Assembly (NCBI GenBank): GCA_030390025.1
Contig: JASTWF010000335.1
Coordinates: 62,001 to 126,000 of the forward strand
Length of the DNA: 64,000 bases
Direction of reading: 5' to 3'
Origin: Squalus acanthias
Taxonomy: Eukaryota
The notes under the pieces were generated by a model that was not told where the DNA came from, ran no database searches, and saw only the letters and a list, made by a program, of their open reading frames with translations. Of the stretch, positions 24,074 to 36,418 are shown piece by piece. The translations under genes and the position numbers were made by a program. The number at the start of each line of letters is the position of its first letter. Position 1 is the stretch's first letter.

Positions 24074-24318
24074 TTCGTCAGGACCTAACCTCGGTTAGGA
24101 TTTAATATGAACTTTATAAGAAATTTCTAGACCTCAATGGTATATTGAGGGAGTTCTGATTTAAGTTCTACAAGGCCTGATCAGGGACTTGTCATCTCTA
24201 GAGACTTAAATCTGGGTCTTAGCACCACTGTCAGTAAAACACTCCTTCCGTACTTAACAACCTACGAGATGGATATAGATATAAATATAGGTATAGGGTT
24301 CTGCATCAACTTGTTATC

Positions 24319-24335
24319 ACACACGTTGGTCGCCA
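24319..24335 (-). other. Primer binding site, tRNA-Lys1,2-like (TGGCGACCAACGTGTG)
   Basis: Lies 2 nt after the 5' LTR CA end and is close to the foamy PBS TGGCGCCCAACGTGGG. Confidence 0.8.
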
Positions 24336-24337
24336 AC

Positions 24338-25070
24338 TGAAAGGATATTTACTAGTCCTAGCCCCTTTGGGGCTACCCCAGATCAGGCGTATTTCTCAGA
24401 TGTTCACTTTCAACTAAAGGTTGAGGTAGCCGAATCCTAAAGACGCTTAACTGGGTCTAAAGGTCTGGACCATCTCTCCCTAAAGGAAAGGAACAACCCG
24501 AGAATGCTGCCGCCCTCCAGATAGCACTTTTAATAAGTTTAGCCAGACTGTAACGTCCCGGATATTATGAGGGTCCGGAGATCTCCCCTCAGAAATGTAA
24601 CTCTCCATCAAAGAGTGTACAGAGATTGGGTTCGCGAGTTATTGATACAGAAGACTTTTGTGAGACAATTCTAAAAATATATAGAGATTTATTAAAAGAA
24701 CCGACATGCAATTTACAGTTGGTGAATCAGTCAATCGCAACATTAACAGTTCTAAAAAGAGAAAAAATACGATCTTATTTTTAACAGAGAATCTTACTTT
24801 TAAATCTTAACTTCGCTACAGTATTACAGCTCTTAAAATTTTCTATACAGGATATCAATCAATATCAAATTACCTTCAATCCCCGAGGTACAAAGAGTGT
24901 AAGACTACAGAGCCACCTCTGTAGTCGAGAATCGCTTTACCCGATTAAAGCGAGTCTGATATCCCATTTGAGACGTCAATATTTATACCCTTTTTCAGTT
25001 GTATTCCTTAAGAATTCTTTCATAAGATAGTGTATTTTTTGAAAAAGGTTATATGGCTTATTCCTTCACA
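24338..25070 (-). repeat. Provirus 5' LTR (733 bp; lacks about 290 bp of U3 present in the 3' LTR)
   Basis: Aligns to 18105-19080; TATAAAT (-) at 24981-24987 and AATAAA (-) at 24688-24693. Confidence 0.92.
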
Positions 25071-26674
25071 AGGGAAGGAGAGAGGGAAGGAGAGAGTAGG
25101 GAGGGAAGGTGAGAGCGAGGGAGGGAATGAGGGAGAGGGAGTGAGGGAGGGAGAGAAGGAGGGAGGGAAGGAGGGAGGGAGAGAGTGAGGGAAGAAAGAA
25201 TGGAGAGAGGGAATGAAAGTGGGAGGAAGAGAGGGAAGGAGGGAAGCTGAGAGGTAGGGAGAGAAAGGGAAGGAGTGAGGGAGGGAGGGACAAATAGAGG
25301 GAAGAAGGAAGGAAGAGATAGAAGGAGGGAGGGAGAGAGGGAAGGAGAGAAGGGAGAGAGGGAACAAAGGAAGGAGGGAAGGAGAGGGAGAGAGATAGAA
25401 GGAGGAAGGGAGAAAGGGAATGAGACAAGGAAGGGAGAAAGGGAAGGAGACAAGAAAGACAGGGAAGGAGAGAGCGAGGAAGCGGCAGAGGGAAGGAGAG
25501 GGAGGGAATGTAAGAGGGAGGGAGAGAGGGAAGGAGAGAGAGGAGGGAAGGAGCGAGGGAGGGAGGGGGAAGGAGAGCAGGAAGGAGAGTGGGAAGGAAA
25601 GAGGTTCAGAGGGACGGAGAGAGGGAAGCAGAGTAAGAGGGAGAGAGGGAAGAAGGGAAAGAGAGAGGGAAGGAAGGAAGGAGAGAGGAAATTAAAGAGG
25701 GAGAGAGAGAGGGAACGGGAGGGAGAGAGCAAAGGAGGGAAGGAGAGAGGGTGGGAGAAAGGGAAGAAGAGAAGGAGGGAGACGGAATGAAAGGGAGAGA
25801 GGGAGTGAAAGGGCGAAGGAAGGAAGAAATGAGAGAGAGAGGGAGGAAAGGAGAGAGGGAAGGAGAGGGAGGGAGAGAGAGGAGAGTAGGAGGGAGAGAG
25901 GGAAGGAGAGTGGATAGGAGAGAGGGAAGGAGGGAAGCAGAGAGGGAGAGAGAGAGGGAAGGAGAGAGCGGGAGAGAGAGGGAAGGAGAGAGAGAGGTTA
26001 AGGAGAAACAGAGGGAGAAAGGGAAGGAGCGAACGAGATAGGGAGGGAGAGAGTGAAGGAGGGTGGGAGAGAGTGAAGGAGGGTGGGTGAGAGGGAGGGA
26101 GAGATGGAGGGAGAGAAGGACAGATGGAGGCAGAGAGGGAGGGAGGAAATGAGGAGGGAAGGAGGGAGGGAAGAGAGAGGGAGGGAGAGAGGGAAGGCAG
26201 GGAGGGAGAGAGGGAAGAAGAGGGGGAAGAGGGAAGAAGAGGGGGAAGAGGGAAGGAGAGCGGGAGAGTGGGAGGAGAGAGGGAAGGAGGGAAGGAGAGT
26301 GTGAAGGAGCAAGGGAAGTAGAGAGGGAGGGAGAGATGGAGGGAGAGAGAGAAAGAAGGAAGGTGAGAAGGAAGGAGAGGGAAGGAGAGAAGGAGGGAAA
26401 GAATTAAGAAGTGAAGGCGAGAGGGAAGGAGAGAAAGGAAAGGAGGGTAGGAGAGAAAGGAAAGGAGGTAAGGAGAGTGTGAAGGAGCGAGGGAAGGAGA
26501 GAGGGAAGGAGAGAGAGAGGGATGGAGTGAAGGAGGGATGGAGGTAAGGAGAGAGAGAAGGAGAGAGGGAGAGATTGAAGCAGGGAAGGAGAGAGGGAGA
26601 GAGAGAGGAAAGAGAGGGTGGGACGGAGGAAAGGAGAGTGGGAAGGAGAGAGGGAGGGAGAGAGGGAAGGAGAA

Positions 26675-27000
26675 AGAAAGAAAGCCTTGCATTTCTATAG
26701 CGCCTTTCTCGACCACCGGACGTCTCAAGGCGCTTTACAGCCAATGAAGTACTTTTGAAGTGGAGTCACTGTTGTAATGTGGGAAACGCGGCAGCCAGTT
26801 TGAGCCCAGCAAGCTCCCACAAACAGCAATGTGATAATGACCCAGATAATCTGTTTTAGTGATGTTGGTTGAGGGATAAATATTGGGCCCCAGGACTCCG
26901 GGGATAACTCCCCGGCTCTTCTTCAAAATACTGACTTGGGATCTTTTACATCCACCTGAGAGAGCAGACGGGGCCTCGGTTTAACGTCTCATCCGAAAGA
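26675..27000 (-). mobile_element. DeuSINE/SacSINE1-like SINE fragment
   Basis: Same core as 11340-11642, with a (AAAG)n tail at 26670-26683. Confidence 0.7.
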
Positions 27001-27554
27001 TGGAGAGGGAGAGGGAGGGAAGGAGGGAAGGTGCGAAGGAGAGTGGGAAGGAGAGAGGGAAGGAAGGAGAGGGGGAGGGAGCGAGGGAAGCAAGGAAGGA
27101 GAGAGGAAGGGGAGAGAGAGAAGGAAGGAAGGAGAGAGGGAAGAGCGAGGAAGCGAGAGAGGGATGGAAATCGAGAGGGAGGGAGAGAGGGAAGAAGGGA
27201 AGGAGAGAGGGAGGAAGTGAGCAACGGAAAGAAGGAAGGAAGGATGGAGAGAGGAAGGGAGAGAGGGAAGGAGGGAAGGAGAGATTGAGAAGGAGAGACG
27301 GAGGAAGAGATAGAAGCAGAGAGGGAAGGAGGGAGGGAGAGAGGAAGAGAGGCAGGGACGGAGGGAAGGTGCAAAGGAGAGTGGGAAGGAGAGAGAGGGG
27401 GGAAGAAAAGAGGGATGGAGAGAGGGAAGGAAGGAGAGAGAGGGAAGGAGGGAAGGAGAGAGTGTGGGAGAGACGGTAGGAGGGAAGGAGAGAGGGAAGG
27501 AGAAAGGGAAGTAGAGAGGGAGGGAGAGATGGAGGGAGAGAGAGAAAGAAGGAA

Positions 27555-30500
27555 ATAGAGGAAACATAGAAGATAGGAGCAGGAGTAGGCCATTCGGCCC
27601 CTCGAGCCTGCTCCGCCATTCAATGCGATCATGGCTGATCATCCAAATTCAGAACCATGTCCCTGCTTTCTCCCCATATCCCTTGATCCCTTTAGCCTTA
27701 AGAAATATATCCAACTCCTTCTTGAATATATTTAATGAATTGGCCTCTACTGCCTTCTGTGGTAGAGAATTCCACAGGTTCACCACTCTCTGGGTGAAGA
27801 AATTCCTCTTCATTTCTGTCCTAAATGGCTTACCCCTTATCCTTAGACTGTGACCCCTGGTTCTGGACTCCCCGACCATCGGGAACATCCTTCCAGCATC
27901 TAGTCTGTCCAGTCCTTTCAGACTTTTATAAGTTTCAATGAGATCCCCTCTCATTCTTCTAAACTCCAGCGAGTATAAGCCCAATCGACCCAATCTCTCT
28001 TCATACGTCATTCCTGCCATCCCAGGTATCAGCCTGGTGAATCTTCGCTGAACTCCTTCCATGGCAAGAACCTCCTTCCTCAGATAAGGCGACCAAAACT
28101 GCACACAATACTCAAGGTGTGGTCTCACCAAGGCCCTGTACAACTGCAGCAAGACATCCTTGTTCCTGTACTCAAACCCTCTCGCTATGAAGGCCAACAT
28201 ACCATTTGCCTTCTTAACCGCCTGCTGCACCTGCATGCTTACCTTCAGCGGCTGGTGCACAAGGACACCCAGGTCTCGTTGCACTTCCCCTTCTCCCAAT
28301 CTATTGCCATTCAGATAATAATCTGCCATCCTGTTTTTGACACCAAAGTGGATAACCTCGCATTTATCCACATTATATTGCATCTGCCATGCTTCTGCCC
28401 AGTCACCCAACCTGTCCAAATCATCCTGGAGTTTCTCGGCATCCTCCTCACAGCACACACGCCCACCCAGCTTTGTGTCGTCTGCAAACTTGGAGATATT
28501 ACATCTAGTTCCCTTGTCTAGATCATTAATATATATTGTGAATAGCTGAGGTCCAAGGACCGATCCCTGCGGTACCCCACTAGTCACTGCCTGCCACTCG
28601 GAAAAAGACCTGTTTATTCCAATTCTTTGCTTTCTGTCTGCCAACCAGTTCGCTATCCAAGTCAATACCTTGCCCCCAATCCCATGTGCCTTAACTTTAC
28701 ATGCTGATCTCTTATGCGGGACCTTATCAAAAGCCTTTTGAAAGTCCAAATACACCACATCCACTGGTTCTCCCTTATCTATTTTACCAGTTACATCCTC
28801 AAAAAATTCCAGTAGATTAGTCAAGCACGATTTACCTTTTGTAAATCCATGTTGACTTTGTCCGATCCTGTCACTGTTTTCCAAGTGCTCTGCTATTACA
28901 TCTTTTATAATGGACTCTAGCATTTCCCCCACTACCGATGTCAGGCTTACCGGTCTGTAATTCCCCTTTTTCTCTCTACCACCTTTTTTGAATAGTGGGG
29001 TAACATTAGCTACCCTCCAATCCATGGGTATTGTTCTAGATTCCATCGAATGTTGGAAGATGATCAGCAATGCATCTATTATTTCTAGGGCCACTTCCTG
29101 AAGTACCCTAGGATGTAGATTATCAGGCCCTGGGGATTTATCGGCCTTCAATCCCGCCAATTTCCCTAACACCATTTCCCTACAAATACTGATTTCTTTC
29201 AGTTCCTCCCTCTCATTATACCCTATGTTCCCCGACATCTCTCGGGGGTTATTTGTGTCCTCCTTTGTGAAGACAGAACCAAAATATGTATTTAATTGGT
29301 CTGCCATTTCTTTGTTCCCCATTATAAGTTCCCCTGATTCTGACTGCAAGGGACCTACGCTTGACTTCACCAATCTTTTTCTCTTCACATATCTATAAAA
29401 GCTTTTACATTCAATTTTTTGTTCCCTGCAATCTTCCTCTCATATTCTATTTTCCCCTTCTTAATTAATCCCTTTGTCCTCCTTTGCTGAATCCTAAACT
29501 GCTCCCAATCCTCAGGTTTACTGCTTTTTCTGGCCAATTTATATGTCCTCTCCTTGGATCTTATGCTATCCCTAATTGCCCTTGTTAGCCACGGTTGAGT
29601 CACCTTTTTTGTTTTATTCTTATGCCAAACTGGGATGAACAAATTCTGTAGTTCATCCATGCGGTCTTTGAATGTTTGCCATTGCCTATCCACCGTCAAC
29701 CCTTTGAGTGACATTCCCCAATTAATCTGACCCAACTCGCGCCTCATACCATCGTAGTTTCCTTTATTTAAATTCAGGACCCTAGTCTCTGAGTCAACTA
29801 CTTCACTCTCCATCTTAATGAAGAATTCTATCATATTATGATCGCTCTGACCCAAGGGGCCTTGCACAACAAGATTGCTAATTAATCCTTTCTCATTACA
29901 TAATACCCAGTCTAAGATGGCCTGCTCTCTGGTTGGTTCCTCGACATATTAGTCCAGGAAACCATCCCGTAAACACTCCAGGAATTCCTCCTCCACAGTA
30001 TTGTTACTAATTTGGTTAGCCCAATCTATATGTAGATTAAAGTCACCCATGATGACTGCTGTGCCCTTATTGCATGCTTCTCTAATTTCCCTTTTAATGC
30101 CATCCCCAACCTCCGCATTACTGTTTGGAGGTCTATATATCACTCCCACTAACGTTTTCTGCCCCTTGGTATTTCTCAGTTCTACCCATACAGATTCCAC
30201 ATCATCAGAGCTAATATCCTTCCTTACAATTGTGTTAATCTCCTCTTTAACCAGCAATGCTACGCCACCTCCCTTTCTTTTTTGCCTATCTTTCCTGAAT
30301 ATTGAATACCCCTGGATGTTGAGTTCCCAGCCTTGGCCACCCTGGAGCCATGTTTCTGTAATCCCAATCAAATCATATTCGTTTACCTCTATTTGCGCAG
30401 CTAATTCATCCACCTTATTCTGAATGCTCCTCGCATTAAGACACAAAGCCTTCAGGCTTGTTTTTTTAACGCTCTTAGACCTATTAGAATTAGTATTTAC

Positions 30501-31985
30501 TGTGGCCATGTTTGATTTAAACCATTGATTTCTCTGACTGCCACTTTTGTTTTTCTCCTTCCTATCTTTTGCTTTTATCCTTGTTTCCCTTTCCTCTGTC
30601 TCCCTGCTCAGGTTCCCAACCCCCTGCCATTTTAGTTTAAACCCTCCCCCAGAGCACTAGCAAACACTCCGCCTAGGACATCGGTCCCTGTCCTGCCCAG
30701 GTGCAAACCGTCCGGTTTGTACTGGTCCCACCTCTCCCAGAACCGGATCCAATGTCCCAGGAATTTGAATTACAACCCCTTGCACCATTCCTCTAGCCAC
30801 GTATTCATCTGAAATATCCTTCTATTTCTACTCTGACTAGCACGTGGCACTGGTAGCAATCCGGAGATTACTACCTTTGAGGTCCTATTTTTTAATTTAC
30901 CTCCTAACTCCCTATATTCTGCTTTTAGGACCTCATCCCCTTTTTTACCTATATCGTTGGTACTTATATGCACCACGACAACTGGCTGTTCACCCTCCCC
31001 TTCCAAAATGTTCTGCAGCCGCTCTGAGACATCCTTGACCCTTGCACCAGGGAGGCAACATACCATCCTGGAGTCTCGTTTGCGGCCGCAGAAATGCCTA
31101 TCTATTCCCCTTACAATAGAATCCCCTATCACTATAGCTCTTCCACTTTTTTTCCTCCCGTCCTGTGCAGCAGAGCCACCCCTGGTGCCAGGAAGTTGGC
31201 TGCTGCTGCCTTCCTCTGATAAGCCATCCCCCCCAACAGTATTCAAAGTGCTATATCTGTTTGAGAGGGGGATGTCCACAGGGGACTCCTGCACTACCTG
31301 CCTGCGCCTACTACTCTGTCTGTTGGTCACCCATTCCCTTTCTGCCTGTGCATCCTTTGCCTGCGGTGTGACCAACTGCTCAAACGTGCTATCCACGACG
31401 TCCTCAGCATCGCGAATGGTCCAGTATGTATCCAATCGCAGCTCCGGCGCCGCAATGCGGTCTGCCAGTAGCTGCAGCTGGATACACTTCCTGCACACAT
31501 TGTTGTCAGAGGCACAGGAAGTGTCCCTGAGTTCCCACATAGCGCAGGAGGAGTATAACACGGGGCCGAGCACTCCTGCCATGACTTACCCTTTAATTAA
31601 TTCAAATTAAATTAAATCAAATCAATCCCACCAATTACACTACAGTTAAATGACATACTTAAGGGCCCTGGTTTACCAACAGTCCCCGCTACACCACAGA
31701 GAGCTTAGAAACTATAAACCACAGAGTTCAAGTTTAAAAAGAGAGAAATACTCACCAACCAATCACTTACCTGCTTTCTGGTGACGTCACACTTCGATTA
31801 CTTTTTACTTCTCTCCCTCCCTCTGAGCTCGGAGATTGGTGAGGCCGACCTGGTCTCTGCCGCCTCTTAAACCTCGCCGCCGCCTGGTTCCCCGCAGGTC
31901 CGCCGCCGCTCTGAAGCCTACCTGGTCTCTGCCGCCTCTTTTAAATCTCGCCGCCGCCGCCTGGTTCCCCGCAGGTCCACCGCGG
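27555..31985 (-). mobile_element. Near full-length CR1 LINE: 5' UTR, ORF1 (zinc finger plus SGNH esterase, 30770-31582), ORF2 (APE endonuclease plus RT, 27649-30509) with few lesions
   Basis: ORF1 motifs C..W..C..C, IVIGDSIVR, CLPGA, H.STND; APE motifs LNARS, ITETW, YRPPN, GDFN; complete RT. Stop at 29949 and frameshift near 29410. Confidence 0.95.
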
Positions 31986-34900
31986 AAGGTGAGGGAAGGA
32001 GAGAGGGAGGGAGAGAAAGGAAAGGAGAGAAGGAAAGAGTGAAGGAGGGAAGGAGAGAGGGATGGAGGGAAGGAGGGAAGGATGGAGGTAAGGAGGGAGG
32101 GAGAGGGTGGGATGGAGGGAAGGCACGAAGGAGAGTGGGAAGAAGGGAGGGAGGGAAGGAATGGGGGGAGAGAGAGAGGGAGGGAAGAGAGAGGGAGGGA
32201 TAGAGGGAAGGAGGGAAGGCGATTGGCATGGAGGGAGGGAAGGAGGGAGGAAGGGGAGAGAGAAAGAGGGAGGGAGAGAGGGAAGGAAGGAAGGAGAGAT
32301 TGAGAAGGAGAGAGGGAGGGAGAGATAGAAACAGAGAGGGAAGGAGGGAGAGAGGAAGGGAGAGAGGGCAGGAGAAAGGGAGGGAGAGAGGGAAGAGAGA
32401 GGGAGGGATAGAGGGAAGGAGGGGGGAATAGAGGGATGGAGGGAAGGAGGGAAGGAGAGAGGCACGGAGGAAAGGAGGGAGGGAAGGAGAGAGGAAGGGG
32501 AGAGAGAGAAGGTGGAGAGAGAGGGAAGGAGGGAGGGAGAGAGAGAAAGAGAGAAGGAGAGAGGGAAGGAGGGAAGGAGAGAGGGAGGGAGACAATGAAG
32601 GAGAGAGGGAAGGAAGGAAGGAGAGATTGAGAAGGAGAGAGGGAGGGAGAGATAGAAGCAGAGAGGGAAGGAGGGAGAGAGGAAGGGAGAGAGGGCAGGA
32701 GAAAGTGAGGGAGAGAGGGAAGGAGAGGGAGGGAGAGAGGGAAGGTGAGGAAGGGATGGAGGGAAGGTGCGAAGGAGAGAGGGAAGGAGAGAGGGAGGGA
32801 GACAGGGAAGCAGGGAAGGAGAGCGGGAAGGGGGAGAGACGGATGGAGACAGAGAGGGAAGGAGGGAGGGAGAGAGGGAGACCAGGAAGGAGAGAGGGAA
32901 GGAGAGATGGAGTGAGCGAGAGAGGGAGGGAGAGAGGGAAGGAGTGAAGGAGAGATGGATGGACAGCAGGACGGAGGGAAGGAGAGAGGGAGAGGGAAGG
33001 AGGAAAGGAGGATGGAGGGAAAGAGAGAAGGCAGAGGGTAGGAGAGGGGGAGGGAGAGGGGAGGGAGGGGGAAAGGAAGGAAGGAGGGAATCAAGGAGGA
33101 GAGAGAAGGTATGATAGAGGGAAGAGAGAGGGAGGGAGAGAGGAAAGGAGGGAAGGAGAGCAGGAGGGAGGGAGGAGGGAAGGAGAGAGGGAAGGAGAAA
33201 GGGAGGTAGAGAGGGAGGGAGAGAGGCAGGGAGAGAGTGAAAGAAGGAAGGAGAGAAGGAAGGAGAGGATGGAGAGAGAAGGGAAAGAATTAAGGCGTGA
33301 AGGCGAGAGGGAAGGAGAGAAAGGAAAGAAGGGAAGGAGAGAGTGAAGGAGGGAAGGAGAGAGGGAGGGAAGCAGGTAGAGAGGGAGGGAGAGACGGAAA
33401 GAGGGAGGAAGGGAAGGAATGAAGGAGAGAGGGAAGGAGGAATGAAGAGAGGGAAGAGAGAGAGAAGGATGGAGGGAAGGTGCGAAGGAGAGTGGGAAGG
33501 AGAGAGGCAGAGAGTGAAGCAGGGAAGGAAAGGGGAAAAGCAAGGGATGGAGAGAAAGGGAGGGAGAGAGGGAAGAGAGAAGGAGGGAGAGAGGGAAGAG
33601 AGAGGGAGGGACAGAGGGAAGGTGCGAAGGAGAGTGGGAAGGAGAGAGAGAGGGAAGGAAGGAATGAGAGAGGAAGCGAGAGAGGGAAGGAGGGAAGAAG
33701 AGATTGAGGAGTGAGAGATAGAAGCAGGGAGGGAGAGAGGGAGGGACGGAGGGAAGATGCGAAGGAGAGAGGGAAGGAGAGAGGGAGGGAAGGAGAGAGT
33801 GAGGATGAGAGGAAGCGAGAGAGGGATGGAGAGAGGGAAGGAGGGTGGGAGAGAGGGAAGGAGAGATAGATGGAGAAAGGGAGGGCGGGTAGGAGCGAGA
33901 GAGGGAAGGAGGGAAGGAGGGACAGATGGACAGCGGGACAGAGGGAAGGAGGGAAGGAGAGGGGGCATGAGAGGGAGGGAAGGAGGAAAGAAGTGGGGCG
34001 GAAGAGAGGGAAGGCAGAGGGTCAGAGGGAGTGAAGGAGTGAGTGAAGGAGAGAGGGAGGGAGATGGGAAAGGAAGGTAGGAAGGAGAGAGGGAATGGGG
34101 GGAGAGAGTGAATGATAGAGGGAAGAGGGAAGGAGAGAGGGAAGAGAGAGGGAAGAGAGAGGGAGGGAGAGAGGGAAGGAGGGAGGGAGAGAGAGAAGGA
34201 GAGAAGGAGAGAGGGAAGGAGGGAAGGAGAGAGGGAGGGAGACAATGAAGGAGAGAGGGAAGGAAGGAAGGAGAGATTGAGAAGGAGAGAGGGAGGGAGA
34301 GATAGAAGCAGAGGGGGAAGGAGGGAGAGAGGAAGGGAGAGAGGGCAGGAGAAAGGGAGGGAGAGAGGGAAGGAGAGGGAGGGAGAGAGGGAAGGTGAGG
34401 AAGGGATGGAGAGAAGGTGCGAAGGAGAGAGGGAAGGAGAGAGGGAGGGAGACAGGGAAGCAGGGAAGGAGAGCGGGAAGGGGGAGAGACGGATGGAGAC
34501 AGAGAGGGAAGGAGGGAGGGAGAGAGGGAGACCAGGAAGGAGAGAGGGAAGGAGAGATGGAGTGAGCGAGAGAGGGAGGGAGAGAGGGAAGGAGTGAAGG
34601 AGAGATGGATGGACAGCAGGACGGAGGGAAGGAGAGAGGGAGAGGGAAGGAGGAAAGGAGGATGGAGGGAAAGAGAGAAGGCAGAGGGTAGGAGAGGGGG
34701 AGGGAGAGGGGAGGGAGGGGGAAAGGAAGGAAGGAGGGAATCAAGGAGGAGAGAGAAGGTATGATAGAGGGAAGAGAGAGGGAGGGAGAGAGGAAAGGAG
34801 GGAAGGAGAGCAGGAGGGAGGGAGGAGGGAAGGAGAGAGGGAAGGAGAAAGGGAGGTAGAGAGGGAGGGAGAGAGGCAGGGAGAGAGTGAAAGAAGGAAG

Positions 34901-36418
34901 GAGAGAAGGAAGGAGAGGATGGAGAGAGAAGGGAAAGAATTAAGGCGTGAAGGCGAGAGGGAAGGAGAGAAAGGGAAGAAGGGAAGGAGAGAGTGAAGGA
35001 GGGAAGGAGAGAGGGAGGGAAGCAGGTAGAGAGGGAGGGAGAGACGGAAAGAGGGAGGAAGGGAAGGAATGAAGGAGAGAGGGAAGGAGGAATGAAGAGA
35101 GGGAAGAGAGAGGGAAGGATGGAGGGAAGGTGCGAAGGAGAGTGGGAAGGAGAGAGGCAGAGAGTGAAGCAGGGAAGGAAAGGGGAAAAGCAAGGGATGG
35201 AGAGAAAGGGAGGGAGAGAGGGAAGAGAGAGGGAGGGAGAGAGGGAAGAGAGAGGGAGGGACAGAGGGAAGGTGCGAAGGAGAGTGGGAAGGAGAGAGAG
35301 AGGGAAGGAAGGAATGAGAGAGGAAGCGAGAGAGGGAAGGAGGGAAGAAGAGATTGAGGAGAGAGAGATAGAAGCAGGGAGGGAGAGAGGGAGGGACGGA
35401 GGGAAGATGCGAAGGAGAGAGGGAAGGAGAGAGGGAGGGAAGGAGAGAGTGAGGATGAGAGGAAGCGAGAGAGGGATGGAGAGAGGGAAGGAGGGTGGGA
35501 GAGAGGGAAGGAGAGATAGATGGAGAAAGGGAGGGCGGGTAGGAGCGAGAGAGGGAAGGAGGGAAGGAGGGACAGATGGACAGCGGGACAGAGGGAAGGA
35601 GGGAAGGAGAGGGGGCATGAGAGGGAGGGAAGGAGGAAAGAAGTGGGGTGGAAGAGAGGGAAGGCAGAGGGTCAGAGGGAGTGAAGGAGTGAGTGAAGGA
35701 GAGAGGGAGGGAGATGGGAAAGGAAGGTAGGAAGGAGAGAGGGAATGGGGGGAGAGAGTGAATGATAGAGGGAAGAGGGAAGGAGAGAGGGAAGAGAGAG
35801 GGAAGAGAGAGGGAGGGAGAGAGGGAAGGAAGGTAGAGGGGGAAGGAAGAAAGGAGAGCGTGAGGGAGGGAGGAGAGAAGAGGAAGGAAGGAGAGTGGTA
35901 GGAGGGAAGGAGATAGGGAGGGAGAGAGAGAAAGAAGGAAGGATGGAGAGAGGAAGGGAGAGAGGGAAGGAGAGTAGGAAAAGATTGAGATGGAGAGACT
36001 GAGGAAGAGATAGAAGTAGGGAGGGAGAGAGGGAAGGAGGGAGGGAGAGAGGAAGAGAGAGGCAGGGACGGAGGGAAGGTGCGAAGGAGAGTGGGTAGGA
36101 GAGAGGGAAGGAGAGAGGAAGGGGGAGAGAGAGAGAAGGAGGGAGTGAGTGAGGGAAGGAGGGAGGGAGAGAGGGAAGGGGGGAGGGAGAGAGGGAAGGA
36201 GAGAGGGAGGGAGAGGGGGAAGGAGAGGGGGAAGAGATAGGAAGTGAGAGAGGGATGGAGAGAGAGAGCGAGGGAGAGAGGGAAGGAGGGAGGGAGAGAG
36301 GGAGGGAGACAAGAAGAGAGGGAAGGAAAGATGGAGGGAGAAAGGGAGGGAAGGATGGAGAGAGGGAACGAGCTAGAGAGGGAAGGAGGAAAGGAGGGTA
36401 GAGGGAGAGAGAGAAGGC

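Larger units (their letters stand above)
18105..25070 (-). mobile_element. Endogenous foamy-like (spumaretrovirus-related) provirus, internally deleted
   Basis: Paired LTRs with TG..CA ends, AGGG 4-bp TSD, Lys-type PBS, PPT, and foamy-like RNase H, integrase and env remnants. Confidence 0.9.
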
